In this document: positions 28,583-38,475 of the stretch, one piece after another
Layout: the number at the start of each line of letters is the position of its first letter
Numbering within the stretch: the stretch's first letter is position 1
From: Candidatus Nomurabacteria bacterium
Lineage (GTDB): Bacteria; Patescibacteriota; Minisyncoccia; Phycocordibacterales; UBA9973
Length of the DNA: 64,000 bases
Assembly: GCA_023267435.1 (NCBI GenBank)
Contig: JAHFNH010000003.1
Coordinates: 12,717-76,716, forward strand
Direction of reading: 5' to 3'
Program-made: the position numbers and the translations under genes
Notes under the pieces: model-generated
The model's input: the letters and a program-made list of their open reading frames with translations, nothing else
Database searches by the model: none
Told to the model about the DNA's origin: nothing

Positions 28583-30259
28583 CTATATTTTATGCTTTCT
28601 TAGAACCATAACAAATGAAATAGAAACTAATGCGAGCAAACCAAACAATAATAATATAACAACATTCCATGGAGCAGGAGGAAGTCCTGTCTTAGGAAGA
28701 CTAGGAGCGGCCACCACCACTGTAGCAAGAGAATAATCGATCGCAGTAAGACCATTTGCACTTCCCTCAGCAGTTCCAGTATTCGTAGTTGTCTGTGTAA
28801 GATTTGTTAAACAAGTGAAAGTCCATGTTTCATTACTTTCAAGTAAATCGTTTTTATTAAGATCTCCTGGGTGTCCTACGACACGGCCTGGTAGACCAGT
28901 ACATTTGTCATCAGTGATACTAACATTACTTAATGGCGCAGTACCAGGATTGGTTACGGTATATGTGTAAGTAACTGCTCCACCATTTGCAGGAAGAACA
29001 AAAACGTTTGGCTTTTTAACTACATGGATTAGTGGTGGTATTATTGGAACTCCGACAACGACAGTTGCATTTGCAGTATCGATTGCGGTAAAACCATTAG
29101 CATCACCAGTTGCAGTGACAGTATTGGTAGTGGTTTGGGAGAGTGTTGTGGTACAAGTGTATGTCCAAGTTTCATTGATATCAAGTTTGGAATCATTATT
29201 TGAATCACCTGAAATGAAACCTACAGTAGAACATGCATTGTCAGAAACAATAACATTACTCATTGGAACTGTTCCGATATTCTTAACTGTATAAGTATAA
29301 GTAACTGGTCCAGGTCCTAGAGGTAATGCTAATGGAGTTGGAACTTTTAAAACACTGATCAAAGGTGGAACAGATGCTGTTGTAAGAGGACCACCACCTT
29401 GGGGAGCTGTTGAGGGAGGGGTTGGAGGGGTCACATATACAGGAATTGAAACAGTATGACTACCAGCGCCGTCTAGTGTAACAGACGCCGTATTTGAAAA
29501 TGCTCTTCCGTGTAATGTTGCACCAGCTAATAAAGCAACGCTTGTTTGATCTAAAATATTTCCTTCAAAAACAGATGTTGTTTCAAGTGTAGTTGCACCA
29601 CCGACAACCCAAAAAATATTGGAAGCCTGTGCACCACCACTTAAAAGAATGCTTTTAGCAGAACTGATATCAAGAGTTCCTGGTACTCTAAATATCCATA
29701 CATCACTTGCTGTTCCTGTAAGATGAATATCGCCTGTAATAATTACATTACCAGGACCAGAAAATGAATAAACTCCAGGAGCGATTGTTAAACCAGCAAG
29801 ATCCCAAGTTCCAGATCCGGTTCCAATATTTGTAGCATCAAATGGTCGAACAGTATTATTGTTAGCATCAGTATAAGCTGCTCCTGCAGCACCGACAGCA
29901 TTATCTACAAAAGTTTTATTGGCTGGTACAGTATCACCCGGCATAGCACAAGCAGCAAAACCGGTAACATTATATCCGGAATCAACTTCGTATATTTTTC
30001 CACCGCCAGTCATTGATGTACATGTCAAACCAGCAATGTTTGAACCTGCAAGTGGACTCACTCCAACATTTCCAGTAATTATAGTTGATGCGGGAGTAGC
30101 ATCAGTTACACCTGCATATGACAAAATTGAGAAACTATCTGCTCCTCCAAGATTAACAGTTGCCGGGCTAGCAAAAGCGTGCGCTTTAGTAGAGCCAGTG
30201 AAATTAAATACAAGAGAAAACAAAACAACTAAGAAAGAAAACTTTTTAAGTATTTTCAT
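28583..30259 (-). CDS. LPXTG-anchored surface protein with an N-terminal ice-binding-like (DUF3494) beta-helix domain and two DUF11-like repeats
   Basis: Signal peptide. AQASNIFWVVGGATTLETTSVFEGNILDQTSVALLAGATLHGRAFS...VTLDG matches the DUF3494 consensus. Two TYTYTV(K/T)N.GT.P.SNV...ETWT(Y/F)TC repeats. C-terminal LPKTG at 28685-28699, followed by a hydrophobic helix and RKHKI. Confidence 0.85.
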   Translation of the reverse strand: MKILKKFSFLVVLFSLVFNFTGSTKAHAFASPATVNLGGADSFSILSYAGVTDATPASTIITGNVGVSPLAGSNIAGLTCTSMTGGGKIYEVDSGYNVTGFAACAMPGDTVPANKTFVDNAVGAAGAAYTDANNNTVRPFDATNIGTGSGTWDLAGLTIAPGVYSFSGPGNVIITGDIHLTGTASDVWIFRVPGTLDISSAKSILLSGGAQASNIFWVVGGATTLETTSVFEGNILDQTSVALLAGATLHGRAFSNTASVTLDGAGSHTVSIPVYVTPPTPPSTAPQGGGPLTTASVPPLISVLKVPTPLALPLGPGPVTYTYTVKNIGTVPMSNVIVSDNACSTVGFISGDSNNDSKLDINETWTYTCTTTLSQTTTNTVTATGDANGFTAIDTANATVVVGVPIIPPLIHVVKKPNVFVLPANGGAVTYTYTVTNPGTAPLSNVSITDDKCTGLPGRVVGHPGDLNKNDLLESNETWTFTCLTNLTQTTTNTGTAEGSANGLTAIDYSLATVVVAAPSLPKTGLPPAPWNVVILLLFGLLALVSISFVMVLRKHKI

Positions 30260-30371
30260 ATTTTACTATTTATTTTTAAAAACTATTATAATAGCTATAT
30301 TATAACCTTTTTAAAGATAACTTTGTTATATATATATATCCTGTGGATAAGTCATAAATAATAAAAATTGA

Positions 30372-30443
30372 GCCGTTGATCGGGATTGAACCGATGACCT
30401 CGATATTACCAATATCGTGCTCTACCAACTGAGCTACAACGGC
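30372..30443 (-). tRNA. tRNA-Thr (anticodon GGU)
   Basis: GCCGUUG-UA-GCUC-AGUUGGUA-GAGC-A-CGAUA-UUGGUAA-UAUCG-AGGUC-AUCGG-UUCAAUC-CCGAU-CAACGGC. Confidence 0.8.
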
Positions 30444-30508
30444 AGAATAGTAGCTAAAATTATAAAAATAATATAACTACTATTTAATTTGGTGATATTT
30501 ACCAAAAC

Positions 30509-30520
30509 AGCTACAACGGC
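30509..30520 (-). repeat. exact 12-nt duplicate of the tRNA-Thr(GGU) 5' end (GCCGUUGUAGCU), 66 nt upstream of the tRNA
   Basis: agctacaacggc occurs at 30432-30443 (within the tRNA) and at 30509-30520. Confidence 0.55.
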
Positions 30521-30570
30521 TAACACAAGATGAATACTACTATATTTACCTGTGTTTTTCAATTAAAATT

Positions 30571-31008
30571 TTATTGTGTTGAAGTGGATGCAGGAGCGGG
30601 ATTGGTTGGCATTGCTGGTCTGATTTGCACTGACTGAGCGGTTAAACTGCCATCTGGATTTGCTGTACCGGTAACGCTTACTTGTTTACCAACAACTAAA
30701 TCTGTCGATACTCCACTGACATTTTTTTCAATGGGAGTCTTGTCTGTATAAAAAATTATTTTAGAACTTCCGTCTCTAAGTTTTAGAGTAATACTTTGAG
30801 CGTCTTTAGAGAGAATTTCACCCACAGTCATTCCTCCAAAATTTCCACCATTCCTCATTCCACCAGCAGTACTTCTACCATTCAAACCAAAAGCTTGACT
30901 TCCCTGACCTCTAGCAGGTATTTGACTCTTACCATAAACCATACCTATATAAAACACTCCTACCAAAACTAAAATACCTATGACAACTAAACCAATTTTT
31001 TTATTCAT
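30571..31008 (-). CDS. small membrane-anchored protein with a Gly/Met-rich segment and a beta-rich domain (paralog of 34692-35213 and 12704-13243)
   Basis: One TM (IGLVVIGILVLVGVFYIGMVY), GGMRNGGNFGGM, then ...DLVVGKQVSVTGTANPDGSLTAQSVQIRPAMP. Confidence 0.65.
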   Translation of the reverse strand: MNKKIGLVVIGILVLVGVFYIGMVYGKSQIPARGQGSQAFGLNGRSTAGGMRNGGNFGGMTVGEILSKDAQSITLKLRDGSSKIIFYTDKTPIEKNVSGVSTDLVVGKQVSVTGTANPDGSLTAQSVQIRPAMPTNPAPASTSTQ

Positions 31009-31077
31009 ATGATTTTTAATAATTTTACTAATCTAATAATTTCGCCTCTTCGGCGAATCCGTCGATGAGACGGAAAT

Positions 31078-32301
31078 TTACTCATACCTAAGGGCATCGA
31101 TTGGATTTAAATTAGCCGCCCGACGCGCAGGATAATATCCAAAAACAATACCGATTCCAGCCGAAACCGCAAAAGCTAAAAGAACAGTGGGTAAAGAAAC
31201 TTGCGTTTGAATAATTCCAGAATATGTTACCGCCAGAGATATCAGCCACCCCAAAATAACACCTATCACACCACTGATAAACGTCAACATAACAGCCTCA
31301 AGTAAAAATTGAGTATTAATGTCTTTCTTTTTTGCACCGATTGCTTTACGTAAACCGATTTCTCTTGTACGTTCCGTAACGGTAGTCAGCATCATATTCA
31401 TAATTCCAATACCGCCAACCAAAAGAGAAATTCCAGCTACTGCTGCTAAAAAAAGCGTAAATGTACCCGTGACTGATGAAGCCGTAGCAATAATGTCTGC
31501 CTGATTTAATATATTAAAATCAGCTTTAGTAGGATCAGAAATATTGTGACGAATCAATAATAAATTTGTCACATCAGATTGTACTTGCGCTGACACATCA
31601 GAGCTTGTTGCCGAGATATCAATCTCGCTTAAATATTTATTTCCCGTAAGATATCTTTGAGCTGTGGTATAAGGAATAAAAATTGTATCATCACTATTAC
31701 TAAAACCAGAACCTCCTTTTGCTTTAGTTATACCAATAACAACATATTCACTTCCTGAAATACGAATCGTTTGACCAATAACACCTGTAACACCCACACC
31801 AAACAGATCATCCCTGGCAGTGGGTCCCAACACAGCAACTTTTGAACCACTTGTAATATTTTGAGTTGATAAAAAATCACCTTCATCAATAGATACATTT
31901 CGGACTGTAGAGTACGCTGGTTCTGTACCTATAATACTAGTATTTGTATTAGTGCCGGTACCGACAACTTGCTTACGCGAAGTTACTTCACGGACCACTC
32001 CAACCACATCAGAAATTTGAGACTCAATCGCATCAGCATCTTCTACTGTTAATGTCTGTGCTCCTCCACGTCCGGCACTTGGTCCACCGAAAGTGCGTGC
32101 AGCTCCAGGCATAACCATAACTAAGTTTGCACCAATAGACTGAATGCTTGAAGATATAGAATTCTGCGCACCTTGACCAATCGCAGTCATAGCAATAACA
32201 GAAGCTATACCGATTACAATTCCAAGCATCGTAAGTCCTGTACGTACTTTGTTGGCAAATAAAGCGCTAGATGTTTCACTTATGATATCTGATATTTTCA
32301 T
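31078..32301 (-). CDS. ABC transporter permease, MacB/FtsX-like family
   Basis: 407 aa. N-terminal TM, a periplasmic domain of about 200 aa, and three C-terminal TM helices. The start overlaps the ATPase stop by 4 nt. Confidence 0.85.
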   Translation of the reverse strand: MKISDIISETSSALFANKVRTGLTMLGIVIGIASVIAMTAIGQGAQNSISSSIQSIGANLVMVMPGAARTFGGPSAGRGGAQTLTVEDADAIESQISDVVGVVREVTSRKQVVGTGTNTNTSIIGTEPAYSTVRNVSIDEGDFLSTQNITSGSKVAVLGPTARDDLFGVGVTGVIGQTIRISGSEYVVIGITKAKGGSGFSNSDDTIFIPYTTAQRYLTGNKYLSEIDISATSSDVSAQVQSDVTNLLLIRHNISDPTKADFNILNQADIIATASSVTGTFTLFLAAVAGISLLVGGIGIMNMMLTTVTERTREIGLRKAIGAKKKDINTQFLLEAVMLTFISGVIGVILGWLISLAVTYSGIIQTQVSLPTVLLAFAVSAGIGIVFGYYPARRAANLNPIDALRYE

Positions 32302-33005
32302 ATGTTTTTTATAACTCTTTTTAAATGGCCATTCTCATTTTCAGTAAGTACGCCATCGCGAATAAATAAAATCCTATCGGCATGTTCAGCAATATATTGT
32401 TCATGAGTGATAAGTACGATTGTTCTGCCATGTTCTTTGTTTAATTTTTGAAAAGTGCCCAAAACTATTTCTCCTGTTTTTGAATCGAGGTTACCTGTAG
32501 GCTCGTCAGCTAAAATTAGTGACGGATTATTTACCAAAGCTCGTGCAATAGCAACACGTTGAATCTGTCCACCAGAAAGCTGATTTGAAAGATGATAGAA
32601 ATGCGATTCATTCAGACCCGCAGCAAAAAGGGCTTCTTTGGCGCGTTTTTCTCTTTCTTTTGTTTCTATTCCATCATAAACAAGCGGTAACATTACATTT
32701 CTGAGGACTGTAGTACGTGGTAATAAGTTGAATGATTGAAACACGAAACCAATTTTATCTTTGCGAATATCTGCTAGTTCATCATCTGAAAGAGTTGAAA
32801 CATCCTTGTCATCTAGAAGATACGTGCCACTCGTTGGATTATCCAATGCACCTAAAATATGCATAAGAGTCGACTTACCAGATCCAGAAGGTCCCATAAT
32901 AGCAACAAATTCTCCATCCTTTATAGTAAAGCTCACACCTTTAAGGGCCTGAAACTCAATGTCTCCAGATTTATATGTTTTTGTAATATCTTTTATTTCA
33001 ATCAT
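32298..33005 (-). CDS. ABC transporter ATP-binding protein (MacB/LolD-type)
   Basis: Walker [10 protein letters not shown], signature LSGGQIQR, Walker [12 protein letters not shown]. Confidence 0.9.
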   Translation of the reverse strand: MIEIKDITKTYKSGDIEFQALKGVSFTIKDGEFVAIMGPSGSGKSTLMHILGALDNPTSGTYLLDDKDVSTLSDDELADIRKDKIGFVFQSFNLLPRTTVLRNVMLPLVYDGIETKEREKRAKEALFAAGLNESHFYHLSNQLSGGQIQRVAIARALVNNPSLILADEPTGNLDSKTGEIVLGTFQKLNKEHGRTIVLITHEQYIAEHADRILFIRDGVLTENENGHLKRVIKNI

Positions 33006-33009
33006 AACT

Positions 33010-34686
33010 TTAATTACCTGGAATTCTTACTGCCCCACCTCCTCTGTTTCCACCAGCTCCACCGAGCAAACTAGATGTTGCTGTTTTTGCAGCCGTTGGT
33101 AATATTGTTCTTGTCACAATTTCATCTCCTTCTTTTATTCCAGAAACTATTTCAGTCTCTGAATTATTTGAAAGTCCTGTTGTTACAGTAATTTTATTCG
33201 GAATAATTGTCGAAATAGAACCTGGCAATCCATCTGTTGGTGCAGGTAGTGGTGCATCAAACATCTCAACATAACTTGAACCACCTTGTCTTTTCACTGC
33301 ACTGTTTGGTACTACTAAGACATCTTGTTTTACATTTGTGATAATAGAAGCTGAGACACTCATTCCGGGTTTTACCGTACTATCTTGATTATCAAAACTA
33401 ATTTTTACATTATAAGTCACAACTCCTTGCGTTACTGTACCTACAGTATCAATTTGTGCCACTTCTCCTGCAATTGAAAAATTCGGAATTGCATCAAAAG
33501 TAAGAGTAGCTTTTTGACCCAATTTTATCTTAGCTACATCTACCTCATTCAATGAGATAGTAGCCAATTGTTTAGTGGTAATGATCGTCCCTAAAATTGT
33601 TCCAGAACTTGCAGTTTCACCGACATTCACAGGAACACTTGCAACGGTACCTTCAAAAGGGGCAACGATGTTGTAATAAGATAGATTATCCCTGGCATCC
33701 TGTAAAGCATTTTCTTTTTGCTTTACTGTGAGTTGCGCTGTTTGTATATCAAGCACATCTGCACCGGATTGTAATTTACTCAACGCTTCTGTATTCTGAA
33801 TGATAGTTCTATCTGAATCTGTATTTACTTGAGCTTGATTTTGTAAAGTAAGCTGGTATGAATTATAACTTGCGCCGTAACTGCTTGCCTGAGTATTTGG
33901 TATTGCCACTGTCCACTCATTTATTCCACTGGAAGCATAATTGTTCGGAAACTGAATATATAGACCAAAAGTTCCTAAAGCAACAGGGGTAGTTGTATTT
34001 ACTGTACCGCTTCCATTTTCAAGGCCAGAAACTGAGAGATATGCTCCACTGCCACTATTATGAACAAGAATATCGTAACTTCCCTCCGTTGTTCCGGTGT
34101 AAGTTCCGCTAATTGTAGGAGCGGTGAAATTTGCGCTACTAGTTGAAGTAGATTTCGGAACAGCAACTATTCCGCTATTCAAAAAACTGCTGTGCGCATT
34201 TTTAACAACAAGATCTTGATTTTTCTTTGCATCTTGCGCAGCCGCAATAGCATTTTGATACTGAATAACAGATAATTTATCCGCTGGCTCTTGTAATTTT
34301 GCTAAAGAAAGATTGGCTGCATCAAGATTAATTTGCGCATCTCTAAGAGTTTTCTGAGCATCTTTACTGTCGAGAGAAAAAAGAAGTTTACCACTTCCTG
34401 CCTGATCACCTGGTTTGACATAAATATGAGTAATCGTACCAGAGACATTAGGTTTTAAATCAATCTGACTTGAAACGGAAACTTGTCCACTGCCGGTAAT
34501 GGAAGATACAATAGTTCCTTTAGTAACAGCTGACAAAACATATCGCGTATCCCCTGCGGTGCTAGTAATTTTTCCATAGCCCCAATACCCAACCCCAACA
34601 ACAATCAAAAGTATAACAATACTACTTATCAAGTGGTCAAGAGCATAATCTTTAATTTTTTGTAAATATGACATTATTTTTTCCAT
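33010..34686 (-). CDS. HlyD/MacA-family periplasmic adaptor (membrane fusion protein), long form with a Ser/Thr/Gly-rich insertion
   Basis: N-terminal TM, coiled-coil region (AQKTLRDAQINLDAANLSLAKLQ...), beta-barrel/lipoyl-like regions, and a Gly-rich C-terminal tail. Confidence 0.8.
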   Translation of the reverse strand: MEKIMSYLQKIKDYALDHLISSIVILLIVVGVGYWGYGKITSTAGDTRYVLSAVTKGTIVSSITGSGQVSVSSQIDLKPNVSGTITHIYVKPGDQAGSGKLLFSLDSKDAQKTLRDAQINLDAANLSLAKLQEPADKLSVIQYQNAIAAAQDAKKNQDLVVKNAHSSFLNSGIVAVPKSTSTSSANFTAPTISGTYTGTTEGSYDILVHNSGSGAYLSVSGLENGSGTVNTTTPVALGTFGLYIQFPNNYASSGINEWTVAIPNTQASSYGASYNSYQLTLQNQAQVNTDSDRTIIQNTEALSKLQSGADVLDIQTAQLTVKQKENALQDARDNLSYYNIVAPFEGTVASVPVNVGETASSGTILGTIITTKQLATISLNEVDVAKIKLGQKATLTFDAIPNFSIAGEVAQIDTVGTVTQGVVTYNVKISFDNQDSTVKPGMSVSASIITNVKQDVLVVPNSAVKRQGGSSYVEMFDAPLPAPTDGLPGSISTIIPNKITVTTGLSNNSETEIVSGIKEGDEIVTRTILPTAAKTATSSLLGGAGGNRGGGAVRIPGN

Positions 34687-34691
34687 AACTA

Positions 34692-35213
34692 TTATTGATT
34701 AGAACTATTAATTTGAGTTGGAACGGTCGAGGTAGTAGAAGGAAAAATAGGAGGAAAAGGCATAATTCTTATTAACTTTGCTTCAATCTGCCCTTGTGAA
34801 TTTGGAGAACCGACAACAACTACATTTTCATCAACCTTTAGATCGTTAATGGAAATACTATCTCTGACATCTATTATTTTTGTATCATTACTTGTAATTA
34901 CCACTTTTTCAGTATTATCCCTATCTTGAACTATAATATTTGGCAATTCAATTTTTATAATTTTACCTATAGCTCCATGGGCATTAGGAAAATTTCCCAT
35001 CATGCCACCAAAATAACCACGTCCATTCATCATACCAAAATTACGCCCATAATTCTCCCCCCAATCACGACCAAATGAAGCTTTATGAAAACCTACATAT
35101 ACTCCGGCTTGAAAGATAAGTGAAACAACAACAAGAATTCCCACAATCAACAAAACTCCAAAAACTTTTTTTGATTCTAAAACTTTTCTAATATTTTCTT
35201 TAATTTCTTTCAT
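34692..35213 (-). CDS. small membrane-anchored protein with a Gly/Met-rich segment (paralog of 30571-31008)
   Basis: One TM, FGMMNGRGYFGGMMGNF, then ...VVVVGSPNSQGQIEAKLIRIMP. Confidence 0.65.
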   Translation of the reverse strand: MKEIKENIRKVLESKKVFGVLLIVGILVVVSLIFQAGVYVGFHKASFGRDWGENYGRNFGMMNGRGYFGGMMGNFPNAHGAIGKIIKIELPNIIVQDRDNTEKVVITSNDTKIIDVRDSISINDLKVDENVVVVGSPNSQGQIEAKLIRIMPFPPIFPSTTSTVPTQINSSNQ

Positions 35214-35223
35214 AAAAATAAAA

Positions 35224-35625
35224 CTATGCTATTAATAATTTATGACGAGTTCGAATATTTCGCGCCATATAACGTAAGGATAATACAAATAAAAAAACTA
35301 AGGATAAAGACAAAATTAAATTTGTCATAGGTAATGATTCAATCATAGATAAAATGATTTCTTTCCAAAAATAAACAGCCTTGCTATTAGAAAACATTAG
35401 GGATAAATAATCATAAAAGCCAGAACTATAAAAATCAGAAACTAACTGCCTAATAAGCACAAAAAAGCCTAAAAGAGAAAATATTCCTGTAACAGAATAA
35501 ACCCATATTTTAATGTTATTATTTCTTTTTTCCTTAATAGAGATAGCGTTGAAAATATTCTCCGAAAGACTGCTCTCAGGACAAAACACGGCCTTTTGAA
35601 AAATTTTAATTAAATTCTTATCCAT
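35224..35625 (-). CDS. small two-TM membrane protein, putative anti-sigma factor
   Basis: 133 aa, lying 17 nt downstream of the ECF sigma gene. The call rests on position plus topology only. Confidence 0.4.
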   Translation of the reverse strand: MDKNLIKIFQKAVFCPESSLSENIFNAISIKEKRNNNIKIWVYSVTGIFSLLGFFVLIRQLVSDFYSSGFYDYLSLMFSNSKAVYFWKEIILSMIESLPMTNLILSLSLVFLFVLSLRYMARNIRTRHKLLIA

Positions 35626-35642
35626 ATCTCTATATACGTAGA

Positions 35643-36215
35643 CTAATTTGATTTTGGTGCAATCATCTTTCTTATTTGCAAAATAGCTCGAAGATGATGG
35701 CTTTTTATTGTGTTTAATGGTCTCTCAAGAACCTGAGATATTTCATCAAAAGTCATTTCTTCTTGATAATGAAGAATTAAAACTGTTTGAAATTGTTCCG
35801 GTAATTTTTCTAATAATGAATTCAATAAATCTACATCTTGTAATTTCTGCAGTATCTCATCGGGTAAAATTGCCTCATCCTTTATGGTTTCTGAGAAATT
35901 ATTTTCTTCATTATCCAAACTAGAAAACGGAATGGAGTTTTTTCTGCGCAAGAAATCAATAACCGTATTTCTAGCTATAGTAAAAATCCAGGTTTTAAAA
36001 CTGGATTTGTTTTGATTAAACTTTTCCAAACTTTTCCAAACTTTAACAAAAATTTCTTGAGTAATATCATCAGCTTCGTTATTTCCGACAAAACGCCGAA
36101 CAAAATTATAAATTTGTGGAGTATATTTATCAATAAGCTCCTTCAATGCAGTGTCATCGCCAGAGACATATAAACTAATTAATTCTGAATCTTTATCCAT
36201 TGTAATTTTAGGCAA
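35643..36215 (-). CDS. ECF-type RNA polymerase sigma-70 family factor
   Basis: Region 2 (DDITQEIFVKVWKSLEKF...FKTWIFTIARNTVIDFLRR) and region 4 (MTFDEISQVLERPLNTIKSHHLRA). Confidence 0.85.
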   Translation of the reverse strand: MPKITMDKDSELISLYVSGDDTALKELIDKYTPQIYNFVRRFVGNNEADDITQEIFVKVWKSLEKFNQNKSSFKTWIFTIARNTVIDFLRRKNSIPFSSLDNEENNFSETIKDEAILPDEILQKLQDVDLLNSLLEKLPEQFQTVLILHYQEEMTFDEISQVLERPLNTIKSHHLRAILQIRKMIAPKSN

Positions 36216-37740
36216 ATCCTGGAAAGAAATCTTTGTGAATATGGCTTGATTTCACTCCCATACCGAGAAGCATGTTTTCAAAAGTTTCGCACATGCCATG
36301 TGTTCCGGAAAGATAGAAGTGTCTTTCTAAGAAATCAGGAACTTCTTGTTTAACCATTTTCGCATCTACAAAACCTGTTTTACCATGCCATATTTCACCT
36401 GGTGGTACTGGATCCGTCACTGTATAAACAATTTTAAAGCCAAGTTCTACGGCTGATTGATCTAAAATATTTTCATAAGCAACATCAGCTGAAGTTCGAT
36501 TTGAATAAAACATGACTACATCCCTTTCTTGTTTTTTATCTATCATATACTTAACCATGCTTCTAAAAGGAGTGACACCGATTCCTCCGGCCATGAAAAC
36601 AAGTTTCTTATTTACATCTTTCGGTAAGACGAATTCCCCTGCCAGTTGCGAAGCGATGATAGTGTCCTGACCCTCTTTCATATTTAAAAGCTTGTTCTTG
36701 AAACTGCTACCGTTCGCATAAAATTTTATACCTATTCTGATTTCTCTTTCAGTAGGAGAAGAAGCTATTGTGAAATATCTTCGATTTCCTCGAGAGTCCG
36801 GCCACTTGTGACCGAGAGTCCATTCCAAATACTGCCCTGGTCTAAAATAAAACGGATGATCCGGAGAAAATACGAAATCATAAGTATTCTGCGCGACTTT
36901 TATTTTTTGCTTCAATACTAAGACAAACTTTTGTTTTGGGCTGACAATATAGGAAAATACGTTCCCAACTAAGAGAGATAACTCAGGCGTGGAATATAAC
37001 GATCCGATGTGCATAATTGGAGCAGACAAGAATCCGCAGATTGATCCATATAACATTCGTAAAATTCTTGTCGGAGGAGTAGTAAGAGGTTCTGTCAGCA
37101 TAACAAATGCGAAAAACAAAAGTGGAGAATAAAAAATAGATCTGACAAGAATGTTAAAACCACTGGCAAAATCAAAAGCTTGAGTAGCAACAATAGTAAT
37201 CAGAGCTATGGCAAAAAAAGTAAGAACCATATCGAATCTTCTCACCTTTCTTGTGATGAGCATTCCTCCAATAATAACGAAGGGTGCCATTGCTAAAGTT
37301 CCTACCCACCAGCTGGCGGATTGGCCCATAGTGATGGAAGTAAGTGCCACAGAAAGTGCAACTGGATTGAAAACATGCTTATTATCGAGCGCAAAAATAT
37401 ATTTTGATGCCATAGCCCAGACGGAAACCCAGAATAAAAATCCCCAATAAGGAAGACTGACAAAATCCTTTGCAGGGGTGACTATCAAAACTAAAATAAA
37501 AGCAGTGATAAAAGCGGATTCAACATTTGTTGGAACGCCTAAAAATGAAGCAAATATTTTATTTGAGATAAAACAGATTGCGGTGACAAAAACAACTTCT
37601 GAAAAAAACATAACTGGAGTGAAAGGCAAGATTCCAAAATAAGAAAGTATTAATCCTCCAGCAATCATAAAGAGTAATGCGTAAAGCACTAATCGATACA
37701 TTGTTACTTTGTTTAAAAGATTATCTATTATTTTTATCAT
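36208..37740 (-). CDS. membrane oxidoreductase: N-terminal polytopic domain fused to a ferredoxin-NADP-reductase-like FAD/NAD(P)-binding domain
   Basis: About 260 aa of TM domain. RRYFTIAS is an RxYS FAD motif. GGIGVTPF is the NAD(P)-binding GGxGxxP motif. Confidence 0.75.
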   Translation of the reverse strand: MIKIIDNLLNKVTMYRLVLYALLFMIAGGLILSYFGILPFTPVMFFSEVVFVTAICFISNKIFASFLGVPTNVESAFITAFILVLIVTPAKDFVSLPYWGFLFWVSVWAMASKYIFALDNKHVFNPVALSVALTSITMGQSASWWVGTLAMAPFVIIGGMLITRKVRRFDMVLTFFAIALITIVATQAFDFASGFNILVRSIFYSPLLFFAFVMLTEPLTTPPTRILRMLYGSICGFLSAPIMHIGSLYSTPELSLLVGNVFSYIVSPKQKFVLVLKQKIKVAQNTYDFVFSPDHPFYFRPGQYLEWTLGHKWPDSRGNRRYFTIASSPTEREIRIGIKFYANGSSFKNKLLNMKEGQDTIIASQLAGEFVLPKDVNKKLVFMAGGIGVTPFRSMVKYMIDKKQERDVVMFYSNRTSADVAYENILDQSAVELGFKIVYTVTDPVPPGEIWHGKTGFVDAKMVKQEVPDFLERHFYLSGTHGMCETFENMLLGMGVKSSHIHKDFFPGFA

Positions 37741-38474
37741 ATATATTTTTGAAAACCTTCCGTCATAGTCGCTACGCCATTTTTATCAATCATATATCCT
37801 TCAAAACCGGAAAGATTATTTATAAAATTAATTCCCTCCCGCCCCATCACGAAGGCTGCTGTGGCAAATCGATCTGCTTCATAGACATTCGGACCTATTA
37901 CTGTCAGGCTGACAACCTCATCAAGAGGATCATTTTTATCTTTTGGATTATAAATATGCTTCCCTCTGATATACGTGCCACTCGTAGCAATTCCTTTATC
38001 TTTTAAGTATACAACTTTTATAACCTGTTTTAAATCAAAAGGATTCGCTATGCCTATCGCCCAAGGCTTATCTTCTTTATTTTTACCTTCCACTTCAATA
38101 TCCCCTCCTGCTTCAACATAAAAATCTTTGATTCCATTTTTCCTGAGCATTTCGGCAGCATTATGTATCGCCCAGCCTTTCACTGTCCCTGATGGGTCGC
38201 AAAATCCATCATTCATGATATCGAAAAATCCATTAGTTTCTTTTTTTGTTTCTTCAGATAATCTAAGAACTTCTTTCATGTCCTCACTATATTCTCTCTT
38301 TTTAATCTTATCTTTATTTATTTTTGTTATTTCACTCGTATCTTTGTAGATAGAAAATTTTTCATCTATATAAGTGAAATAATTAAAAACATTTTCAAAT
38401 ATTTCTTTATCAATTGATTCGTCTGGAATTTCTATTATTACAGGCATGCCCATAATAATTCTTGTTTCTTTCAT
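37737..38474 (-). CDS. apbE: FAD:protein FMN transferase (ApbE family)
   Basis: GFFDIMNDGFCDPSGTVKGWA...GIATSGTY are ApbE signature motifs. 245 aa. Confidence 0.8.
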   Translation of the reverse strand: MKETRIIMGMPVIIEIPDESIDKEIFENVFNYFTYIDEKFSIYKDTSEITKINKDKIKKREYSEDMKEVLRLSEETKKETNGFFDIMNDGFCDPSGTVKGWAIHNAAEMLRKNGIKDFYVEAGGDIEVEGKNKEDKPWAIGIANPFDLKQVIKVVYLKDKGIATSGTYIRGKHIYNPKDKNDPLDEVVSLTVIGPNVYEADRFATAAFVMGREGINFINNLSGFEGYMIDKNGVATMTEGFQKYI

Positions 38475-38475
38475 A

